IMG/VR virus record: IMGVR_UViG_3300044641_002725
DNA from: a virus
DNA: 64,000 nt
Direction: 5' to 3' (one strand)
Shown here piece after piece: positions 56,860 through 64,000 of the stretch (within the stretch, counting starts at the first letter, position 1; each line of letters opens with the position of its first letter). Both the position numbers and the translations under genes were made by a program. The notes below the pieces were generated by a model. The model was not told the DNA's origin and did not search any database. It saw nothing but the letters and a program-made list of their open reading frames with translations.

Positions 56860-57787
56860 TCCTGAACATCCAGTTTATATCATATCAAAGGGTCGTGCTG
56901 ACTCAATGATTACTTCAAGGTCTCTTTCAAGAATGAAAGTGCCTCACTATATCATCATTGAACCTCAAGATGAAATACCATATGAAAATGCACTAGACAC
57001 ATTCAATATTAGACCATGGGTTACATTGATTGTTGCACCATTTTCAAATCACGGTGACGGTCCTGGTCGTGCAAGAAATTATGCTTGGGATCATTCGATA
57101 TCTATTGGTGCAGAAAAACATTGGGTGATGGATGACAACATTTCAGATTTCTATAGACTACATAAGAACCAACGAATTCGTGTAGAGTCTGGCATACTCT
57201 TCTATATCTGCGAACAGTTTATTGATAGATTTGAAAACGTTCCTGTGTCTGGTCTGCAATATAGATTCTTCATTGCACCAAATCAAAAGTATCCACCTTT
57301 TGTGAAGAACACTCGAATCTATTCATGTCTTTTAATTGACAATGCTTGCAAACATCGTTGGCGTGGTCGTTACAATGAAGATACAATTCTAAGTCTTGAC
57401 GTTCTTAAAGATGGTGATTGTACAATTCAATTCAATGTATTCATGCAAGGTAAAGCCGCAACTCAAACTGTCAAAGGTGGCAATACTTCAGAATTTTATC
57501 ATGCTGAAGTTGGTTTTGATGATGAAACTGGTGAAGCAATTAAAGCAGATAAGTTAGTTGATGCAAAAGGCAAAAAATACAATGAAGCTGGCACAATTGC
57601 AAAATCACAAATGCTTGCCGATGTTCACTCAGACGTTTCTAGCGTTGTTTGGAGATATGATCGTTGGCACCATTACGTTGACTACTCTCAATTTAAAAGC
57701 AATCAGTTAAGATTGAAGCCAAACATAATTATACCGAATGAAACTAACAATTATGGAATGAAACTTGTTACGAACTGGCAGGGTTAA
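56852..57787 (+). CDS. GT-A glycosyltransferase, TET-associated/GREB1-like
   Basis: PVYIISKGRA, ARNYAWDHS, HWVMDDNI, NTRIYSC, RGRYNEDTILSL, TQTVKGGNT. Confidence 0.75.
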   Translation: MHNPEHPVYIISKGRADSMITSRSLSRMKVPHYIIIEPQDEIPYENALDTFNIRPWVTLIVAPFSNHGDGPGRARNYAWDHSISIGAEKHWVMDDNISDFYRLHKNQRIRVESGILFYICEQFIDRFENVPVSGLQYRFFIAPNQKYPPFVKNTRIYSCLLIDNACKHRWRGRYNEDTILSLDVLKDGDCTIQFNVFMQGKAATQTVKGGNTSEFYHAEVGFDDETGEAIKADKLVDAKGKKYNEAGTIAKSQMLADVHSDVSSVVWRYDRWHHYVDYSQFKSNQLRLKPNIIIPNETNNYGMKLVTNWQG

Positions 57788-57790
57788 ATT

Positions 57791-58252
57791 ATGAAATTAA
57801 ATTTATTTGGTGATTCATACGATGAACCAACTAAAAAGTGTTCCAAGTGCAAACAAGATTTGCAATTACATATGTTTGGTAAAGCAAGTGGCGGAAACTA
57901 TCTTAGGGGTGAATGTAAAAAATGCAATAGAGAAATTTACAAGTCTAGGGAAAAAGCCAAATCTACTGCCTCAGCAGTACCAACCAATCATATTTGTCCT
58001 ATTTGCCTCAGAAAAGAAGATGCTGTAAAAAATAGAGGTGGCAAAAAATCAGGTACATGGTGTTGTGACCATGACCACGTTTCAGAAAAATTTAGAGGAT
58101 GGTTATGCCATGATTGTAATCGAGGCATAGGTAATTTAGGTGAAGATATAGCTAGATTGCAAAGATCAATTGAGTATTTAAGTGATGCAAAAAAACATCA
58201 AGAGACTTCTAAGTTAACAGAATTTTTTATTTCAGACCCTGTAAGTGGTTGA
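57791..58252 (+). CDS. Endonuclease VII-like (His-Me finger) nuclease
   Basis: CPIC...DHDH...FRGWLCHDCNRGIG...IEYL, plus an N-terminal CxxC/CxxC finger. Confidence 0.85.
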   Translation: MKLNLFGDSYDEPTKKCSKCKQDLQLHMFGKASGGNYLRGECKKCNREIYKSREKAKSTASAVPTNHICPICLRKEDAVKNRGGKKSGTWCCDHDHVSEKFRGWLCHDCNRGIGNLGEDIARLQRSIEYLSDAKKHQETSKLTEFFISDPVSG

Positions 58253-58257
58253 TTCAT

Positions 58258-58294
58258 AAGGGGTTTTTCTTCTATTTTTGAGAAAAACCCCTTT
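58258..58294. terminator. 13-bp hairpin, probable terminator
   Basis: AAGGGGTTTTTCT-N10-AGAAAAACCCCTT followed by T-rich sequence. Confidence 0.6.
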
Positions 58295-58308
58295 ATTTTG
58301 TACAAATG

Positions 58309-58370
58309 TGTTGTTTTGACGCTACACTACATCAAATAATCGTTGACTTTCATTCCTGCTATGCTATACT
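58309..58370 (+). promoter_or_regulatory. Early promoter with upstream palindromic operator
   Basis: TGTTG-N8-CTACA (58309-58326), then TTGACT-N16-TATACT (58343-58370) with an extended TG. Confidence 0.6.
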
Positions 58371-58401
58371 GTATACATAGATTGAGATTACAAAGGAATT
58401 T

Positions 58402-59004
58402 ATGTCACACATTGAACATCCTGCCGCATATGAAGCCGCTACCAAGCGCAACATCATAAACAATGCTACCAAAACGTTCTACAGGACATATCCCGATGCT
58501 GGCGATATCGTCCAATTCCTTGTTGACAATTCTGAGAGGAATTCTTTCTATTCAAATCTTCTAGGTTCGTTGAACACTTATGGTAAGTTGACAGAAAAAC
58601 AAGTTCTTGCTGTACGCAAATCAATTACCACTCAAGCTGAACGTAAAGCACAATGGATTGCACAGGCGGCAGAGAAAAACGTAACACGTACATTCCTTGG
58701 CACCGAAAAGAAAAAGATTACTGTTACTCTTACAGTTAAAAAAACAATTGTAGTTGATCGTCCTAAATTTTACTGGGCTGATTCTGGCAGAAGTCTTCTC
58801 CGTATTTGCGAAGATGTAGATGGCAATGTAATTGTATTCAGCGGCAATGCAGATTTTCCTGCTGAAGGTGAAACTGCAACAATTACCGCTACTGTAAAAA
58901 TGCACCGCTACTATAAACAAAACGACATTGAAGTACCACAGACAGTTATCATCCGTCCCAAGACTGTTGCCATTGTGCAACAGCCTGTTGCAGAAACCGC
59001 TTGA
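58402..59004 (+). CDS. Hypothetical early protein, possible C-terminal OB fold
   Basis: AAGGA Shine-Dalgarno; YGKLTEKQ motif; beta-rich C-terminus ending QTVIIRPK. Confidence 0.6.
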   Translation: MSHIEHPAAYEAATKRNIINNATKTFYRTYPDAGDIVQFLVDNSERNSFYSNLLGSLNTYGKLTEKQVLAVRKSITTQAERKAQWIAQAAEKNVTRTFLGTEKKKITVTLTVKKTIVVDRPKFYWADSGRSLLRICEDVDGNVIVFSGNADFPAEGETATITATVKMHRYYKQNDIEVPQTVIIRPKTVAIVQQPVAETA

Positions 59005-59029
59005 CATTTTAATCCACCTGAGTTAAGAT
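59001..59029 (+). promoter_or_regulatory. sigma70-type promoter, possibly giving a near-leaderless transcript
   Basis: TTGACA-N17-TAAGAT; ATG only 6 nt downstream of the -10 box. Confidence 0.6.
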
Positions 59030-59035
59030 ACATAC

Positions 59036-61240
59036 ATGCTTAAAACACAAATTTCAAAATCCACTCTAGCAAAGTTACTTGCTACAGAGAATATTTCGGT
59101 AGAGTATCGCAAGGTGCAAACTGCATCATTCGATATCGTGAATCGCCGTCTTACTCTTCCCATTATGAATGACACTACACCTGAAATGACAGACCTTTTG
59201 GTTGGTCATGAAGTTGGTCACGCATTAGACACACCACAATCATACGTTGAATCAGCTAAAGCTGGCGGTTCTGCATTTTCTACATTCTTGAATGTTGTTG
59301 AGGATGCAAGGGTTGAACGTAGAATGAAGGATCGTTATCCTGGTTTACGTAAGCCTATGGCTATTGCATATCGTCAATTTACTGAACGTGATTTCTTTGG
59401 CATCAAAGGTCAAGATGTAAATGAACTTATGTTGATTGATAGAATCAATTTGCATTTTAAACTTGGTGCAATTGCAGGCATTAAATTCAATGCCGAAGAA
59501 ATGATGTACGTTAACGAAGTTGAAACGGCAGATTCGTTTGAGCAAGTGAAAGATATCACCGAACGTTTGTATGATTTTTGCAAAGCAGAGTTAGACCAAA
59601 AACGTCAAGAGGCTAAAGAAGAATTCGAAAGACGCAAAGAGAATGGCGAATTCGATGGCGAAGATTATGATTATGATAATGACGATATTTTCGGTGATGA
59701 TAACGAAGACTATGATGACGGAGATTCGAATAGTTCTGGCTCTGGTTCTGATAATGATGAAGATGACGATTATGAATCAGAAGAACGTTTTGACAATGGC
59801 TATTCTAATGAGCCGACATTCGAACAGGCAATGCCTAATGAGTTGAAGGTGTATGGCGATGAAGTTAAATCTGTAACGGATGAAAAATTTCAACAAGCAT
59901 TGAAAGGTCTTGCAGAAACAAAAGAAATTAATGTTGGTAAGATCGTAAGTCAAAAGAAAATCAATTTAAAGAATTATATTGTTCCTTTCAAAGAGTTACA
60001 ATTCTTTGATGAATCAATCTATGATAATGAAGAATTGAAAGGTCAAGACCGTTATGATACTAGTCTGCTGATGAAATTCGAAGCCAAGAATAAGAATCCA
60101 ATTGCTTATCTTGTAAAAGAATTTGAAATGAAAAAGAAAGCGGCTGAGTTGCGCCGTGTAACAGTCTCCGATACTGGTACACTTGACACTAACAAATTGC
60201 ATACTTACAAATTCAATGACGATATCTTCCGTAAGATTGGCTCTGTTGCACAAGGTAAGAATCACGGCATTGTAATGTTCATTGACTGGTCTGGTTCAAT
60301 GACAGACAATATGGCTGGTACAATCGAACAATTGATTACAATGGCAACGTTCTGCCGCAAAGTGAATATTCCGTTTGATGTTTATGCTTTCACTACTGAG
60401 TATCACAAGTGTTTGACAAACCGGCAAGAGCGTTTCGATATAGATACCGAAGCCAATCAATTAGACATTGACCATCTTTCTTTGATGAATATTTTGTCTA
60501 GCAGTATGAAAAACCAAACGTATCGCAAATTTGCAAATGATTTGTTGAATGTTGCTGAAGCATATCAACCTTACTTGCACTATCGTAGAAATTATAAAGC
60601 AAACTATATCAAAGAGGGCATGGGTCTCGGTGGTACTCCGTTGAATGCAACAATTCAAGTGGCATCTAATGTTGTCAACGATTTTCGTAAACGCACTCGG
60701 TCTGAAATTGTGAATGTTATCTTTTTGACTGATGGCGAAGACAGTAGCACATTGTGGACTTCATCTGGTGAAGCATATCGTGGCACTCGCATCGGACCTT
60801 CTGACTTCCGTTCAGTATCTTATATTGAAGACAAAGATTCCGCAAAGAATTATCGTGTAAGTGACAAAGGTGTAACACCAACGTTATTGCAAATTCTAAA
60901 AGATCGTACTGGTTGTAATTTGATTGGATTCTACATCCTGCCAAAAAGCAAACGTTACTTCCAAAATGCAATGACACGTTTCAATATGATAATGACGGAT
61001 GATGGATACAAACAATTCCGCAATGAAAAGTTTTTCTCTATCAACGGATATGGATACTCTGAGTACTTCTTAATTCCTGGTGGCAATGATTTGTCTACCG
61101 ATGATGATTCGCTATCAGACATTCTTGGCGAAAGCAAAGATGTTTCTGCACGTAAGTTGAAAGGTGCATTCTTAAAGATGAACCAGAATCGTTTGACTAA
61201 CCGTGTTTTACTTTCTAGAGTAATCAAGGAAATTGCTTGA
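59036..61240 (+). CDS. Metallopeptidase-like plus vWA (CobT-like) protein
   Basis: HEVGH (HExxH), NVVEDARVE, acidic linker, MIDAS DWSGS...T...LTDGE. Confidence 0.85.
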   Translation: MLKTQISKSTLAKLLATENISVEYRKVQTASFDIVNRRLTLPIMNDTTPEMTDLLVGHEVGHALDTPQSYVESAKAGGSAFSTFLNVVEDARVERRMKDRYPGLRKPMAIAYRQFTERDFFGIKGQDVNELMLIDRINLHFKLGAIAGIKFNAEEMMYVNEVETADSFEQVKDITERLYDFCKAELDQKRQEAKEEFERRKENGEFDGEDYDYDNDDIFGDDNEDYDDGDSNSSGSGSDNDEDDDYESEERFDNGYSNEPTFEQAMPNELKVYGDEVKSVTDEKFQQALKGLAETKEINVGKIVSQKKINLKNYIVPFKELQFFDESIYDNEELKGQDRYDTSLLMKFEAKNKNPIAYLVKEFEMKKKAAELRRVTVSDTGTLDTNKLHTYKFNDDIFRKIGSVAQGKNHGIVMFIDWSGSMTDNMAGTIEQLITMATFCRKVNIPFDVYAFTTEYHKCLTNRQERFDIDTEANQLDIDHLSLMNILSSSMKNQTYRKFANDLLNVAEAYQPYLHYRRNYKANYIKEGMGLGGTPLNATIQVASNVVNDFRKRTRSEIVNVIFLTDGEDSSTLWTSSGEAYRGTRIGPSDFRSVSYIEDKDSAKNYRVSDKGVTPTLLQILKDRTGCNLIGFYILPKSKRYFQNAMTRFNMIMTDDGYKQFRNEKFFSINGYGYSEYFLIPGGNDLSTDDDSLSDILGESKDVSARKLKGAFLKMNQNRLTNRVLLSRVIKEIA

Positions 61241-61302
61241 TGTTGCGTAAAAACAACAGTCCAAAACAATCACTTGACTCGCCATAAATACTCTGTTAAA
61301 CT
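61241..61302 (+). promoter_or_regulatory. Early promoter with upstream palindromic operator
   Basis: TGTTG-N8-CAACA (61241-61258), then TTGACT-N17-TAAACT (61274-61302) with embedded CATAAATA. Confidence 0.65.
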
Positions 61303-61345
61303 ACTAGTATTGAAATTGATTTTTACTTGAAAGAACCTTTATATT

Positions 61346-62524
61346 ATGACTACCAAAGCTGAAAAGATTTTATTTGTCACCGAAGCCGCAAAACGTTTTG
61401 GTGAAGTTGTGACCCACGATCAACTGGTAACTCTATCAGAAGAAACTGGAATGAAACGTCAAGTGTGGCTAGAGGGCAAACAATACCGAGTTGCACGTGG
61501 CAAGTACCAATTGCCTCTTCAAGAATTCAACATTAACATGGCTGGTCTCGCATTAGTCAAATCTAAACCTATGACAATTAGTGAACCGACTGTAACGCCT
61601 GTTACAAAAGCAATTGCAAAAATGTCATCCGTTGCACGTATGCAAGAGGGTGCAATTATTCCTAAAGTGAATTCTTTGTACGTGCCTTTCGGTTTCTTTG
61701 ATAACATGAAACGCATTGTTGCATCAAAGAAATTTTATCCAGTATTCGTTTCTGGTCTCTCTGGTAACGGCAAGACTTTCATGGTTGAGCAAGCCTGTGC
61801 CCAATTGAAGACAGAATGCCTCCGTGTAAACATTTCACCAGAGACTGATGAAGATGATTTGATTGGTGGTTTCCGTTTGATTGACGGAGAAACAAAATGG
61901 TTTGACGGTCCAGTTGTTCAAGCAATGAAGTCTGGTGCTGTTTTGATTCTTGATGAAATTGATCGTGGTTCAAATAAACTAATGTGTCTGCAAGGTGTAC
62001 TTGAAGGCAAAGGTTTGTTCGTTAAGAAGACTGGTGAATTCGTTGAGCCAGTTACGGGTTTCAACGTTATCGCTACCGCAAACACTAAAGGTAAGGGTGA
62101 TGAATCTGGTCGCTACATGGCAGCCACAATTCTTGATGATGCGTTTCTCGAACGTTTCCCAATTACAGTTGAGCAAGAATATCCTGATGTTAAAATCGAA
62201 ACCAAGATTTTGACTAAGTTGTTTGCAAGTCTTGACATTGATGACAAAGCATTTGCAGAAAATCTTGTGAAGTGGGCTGATATCATTCGTAAGACTTTCG
62301 AAGAAGGTGCTATCGATGAATTGATTTCCACTCGCCGTCTGTCTCACATTGCCGAAGCATACACCATCTTCAACGATAAGATGGAAGCAATCAAGTACTG
62401 TATCAACCGTTTCGATGGTGAAACAAAGACTGCATTCCTTGACCTCTACAGCAAGATTGATGCTGGTATCGATCCGACTGCCGAAGTGAAGTCCGAAACA
62501 AATACGGATGAAGTTCCGTTCTAA
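61346..62524 (+). CDS. cobS: MoxR/CobS-like AAA+ ATPase
   Basis: GLSGNGKT, ETDEDDLIGG, LILDEID, ATANTKGKG, AFLERF, ISTRRL. Confidence 0.92.
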   Translation: MTTKAEKILFVTEAAKRFGEVVTHDQLVTLSEETGMKRQVWLEGKQYRVARGKYQLPLQEFNINMAGLALVKSKPMTISEPTVTPVTKAIAKMSSVARMQEGAIIPKVNSLYVPFGFFDNMKRIVASKKFYPVFVSGLSGNGKTFMVEQACAQLKTECLRVNISPETDEDDLIGGFRLIDGETKWFDGPVVQAMKSGAVLILDEIDRGSNKLMCLQGVLEGKGLFVKKTGEFVEPVTGFNVIATANTKGKGDESGRYMAATILDDAFLERFPITVEQEYPDVKIETKILTKLFASLDIDDKAFAENLVKWADIIRKTFEEGAIDELISTRRLSHIAEAYTIFNDKMEAIKYCINRFDGETKTAFLDLYSKIDAGIDPTAEVKSETNTDEVPF

Positions 62525-62555
62525 ATCTCCTTGGCATAATTGAAAATATGCCTTT

Positions 62556-62584
62556 AGAGGCCACTTGACGTGGCCTCTTTTTTT
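62556..62584 (+). terminator. Rho-independent terminator overlapping a promoter
   Basis: AGAGGCCAC-TTGAC-GTGGCCTCT-TTTTTT. Confidence 0.85.
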
Positions 62585-62593
62585 ATATATAAT
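62565..62593 (+). promoter_or_regulatory. sigma70-type promoter
   Basis: TTGACG-N17-TATAAT. Confidence 0.7.
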
Positions 62594-62625
62594 AGTGTAA
62601 GATAATTTAACAACATGGAGAAAAT

Positions 62626-63477
62626 ATGCAATTTGAAATTGATATTGAAAAACTAAGAACCAAAAAACTGTTTATTGCAACACCGATGTATGGCGGACAA
62701 TGCCACGGGTCTTATACTAAAGCAGTTTCTGACTTAATGGTATTATGTACCAAATATGGAATTGAAGCGAGACTATTCTTTATCTTCAATGAATCACTAG
62801 TGCAACGTGCTAGAAATTACTTGACAGATGAATTTGTTCGAAGTGAAATGGATTACATGCTATTCATTGATAGCGATATTCATTTTGAAGCACAAGACAT
62901 TTTCGTTATGATGCACCATGCAATCACTAGGGATGACATGGATGTTATTTGTGGTCCATATCCAAAAAAAGCAATTTCTTGGGAGAAAATCAAATCAGCA
63001 GTTGACAAAGGTTTCGCAGACCAAAATCCAAATCAATTGGAAGAGTTTGTTGGCGACTACGTTTTCAATCCAGCGGAAGACACTCAAACTTTTCGACTTG
63101 ACGAGCCAGTTCAAGTGAAAGAAAGTGGCACTGGATTTATGCTCATTAAGAGAACTGCATTGGAGAAATTCGACAAAGCATTCCCAATGCAAAGCTATAA
63201 GCCGGACCATGCACGTACAGTAAACTTTGATGGTAGCAGAGAAATCATGGCTTACTTTGATTGCGTTATTTGCCCAGATACAAAACGTTATCTCTCTGAA
63301 GACTATATGTTCTGCCAGTGGATGCGTAAAGCTGGTGGAAAAATTTGGTTGCTTCCATGGTTACGTTTGAAACATGCTGGCACTTATATCTTTGGTGGTT
63401 CGTTAGCCGCATTAGCCGCTATCAATGCGTCACCAACGGCAGGTGAAAATGTTTCAAAAAGAGGAAACGGTGTGTAA
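62626..63477 (+). CDS. GT-A fold glycosyltransferase-like protein
   Basis: IATPMYGG, ESLVQRARN, FIDSDI (DxD), GTGFMLIKR, LSEDYMFC. Confidence 0.8.
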   Translation: MQFEIDIEKLRTKKLFIATPMYGGQCHGSYTKAVSDLMVLCTKYGIEARLFFIFNESLVQRARNYLTDEFVRSEMDYMLFIDSDIHFEAQDIFVMMHHAITRDDMDVICGPYPKKAISWEKIKSAVDKGFADQNPNQLEEFVGDYVFNPAEDTQTFRLDEPVQVKESGTGFMLIKRTALEKFDKAFPMQSYKPDHARTVNFDGSREIMAYFDCVICPDTKRYLSEDYMFCQWMRKAGGKIWLLPWLRLKHAGTYIFGGSLAALAAINASPTAGENVSKRGNGV

Positions 63478-63785
63478 TGATAGATTATCGTTATAATGAA
63501 GATAAGACTTTGAAAGAATTGAAGTCTTATATTGATACAACATACAATCAACATTACTCCCGTGACAAATTTCAAGCAACAGAATTCATCATCGATGGTG
63601 GACATGGTGAAGGATTCTGTATTGGAAACGTGCTGAAATATGCACAAAGGTATGGCAAGAAAGATGGAAGAAATCGTAAAGACTTGCTAAAAATTATACA
63701 CTATGCTATAATCATGTTACACGTACATGACTTAAATGAAGGAAATGAAAATGAAATTAAGCGAATCAACAATCAATGTTCTTAA
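63477..63785 (+). CDS. Conserved T4-like protein (DUF3310-like)
   Basis: TYNQHY, GEGFCIGNVLKYAQRYGKK, DLLKIIHYA. Confidence 0.7.
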   Translation: MIDYRYNEDKTLKELKSYIDTTYNQHYSRDKFQATEFIIDGGHGEGFCIGNVLKYAQRYGKKDGRNRKDLLKIIHYAIIMLHVHDLNEGNENEIKRINNQCS

Positions 63786-64000
63786 AAACTTTGCTACCAT
63801 CAATGCTGGTATGCAATTCAAAGAAGGCTCCGTAGTACGAACTATCTCTAAAGGACAGAACGTGCTCGGTAAAGCTACAGTAACAGAAAACTTTGAAAAA
63901 GATTTTGTTATCTATGATCTGAATAGGTTTCTTTCTCTTTGCAGTTCTTTAACTGATCCTGAGATTGTTATCAATACTGATGCAAACAATCTTACAGTTA
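63751..64000 (+). CDS. gp45: DNA polymerase sliding clamp, partial (runs off window end)
   Basis: MKLSESTINVLKNFATIN...RTIS...DFVIYDLNRFLS read directly from the sequence; not in the ORF track. Confidence 0.9.
   Translation, partial: MKLSESTINVLKNFATINAGMQFKEGSVVRTISKGQNVLGKATVTENFEKDFVIYDLNRFLSLCSSLTDPEIVINTDANNLTV

Noticed and set aside
61346-62524. Cobalamin biosynthesis role for cobS
   Set aside because: No cobN or other cob genes are present; the vWA partner indicates a MoxR-type chaperone.
82-63647. Numerous 60-180 aa minus-strand and nested ORFs in the ORF track
   Set aside because: They are shadows of well-supported + strand genes with no recognisable motifs; only the three genes at 25767-27763 are credible on the minus strand.
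1-64000. tRNA/rRNA genes, integrase, introns or inteins; assignment as a cyanophage
   Set aside because: Intergenic gaps are short with no cloverleaf seen by eye; core genes such as gp17, uvsW and gp46 are of normal length; no photosynthesis genes occur in this window, so the host cannot be fixed.

Overview
The window is a 64 kb, AT-rich, gene-dense segment of a large T4-like (Tevenvirinae/Kyanoviridae-style) myophage genome, coded almost entirely on the + strand. Gene order: end of gp53, baseplate hub, gp5, gp25, gp6, gp7, gp8, a 2047-aa DUF4815/VrlC-like protein, an accessory fibre plus sugar-enzyme island (16.2-27.8 kb), gp13-gp20 (two tandem gp19 tail-tube genes), a second accessory island with a collagen/C1q-like fibre (37.1-42.7 kb), gp67/68/21/22/23, gp3, uvsY, uvsW, gp55, gp47, gp46, peptide deformylase, dCMP deaminase, a methyltransferase plus TET-associated-type glycosyltransferase cluster, an EndoVII-like nuclease, a peptidase-vWA/CobS(MoxR) pair, and the start of gp45. 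T4-type late promoters (TATAAATA) and sigma70-type early promoters are easy to read. The best candidate for an undescribed system is the first island. It holds a late-promoter-driven 1392-aa fibre-like protein with about 145 irregularly spaced cysteines (about 10%, hand count). Next to it are a GT9/heptosyltransferase-like enzyme, a NodU/CmcH-type carbamoyltransferase and ADP-heptose pathway genes (hldD, a catalytically degenerate gmhB, a sugar cupin). Together these suggest a virion protein glycosylation system, possibly S-linked with carbamoyl-heptose; this is inference and untested. Other observations include capsid-targeting-like leaders on a P-loop kinase, twin antisense promoters of shared design, a shared palindromic operator, and a ~55-aa domain scattered through three structural genes. 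All family assignments come from motifs recognised by eye and from T4 synteny; no database search was run. No tRNA, rRNA, CRISPR array, integrase or reverse transcriptase was seen. The host is probably a Gram-negative proteobacterium (inference).
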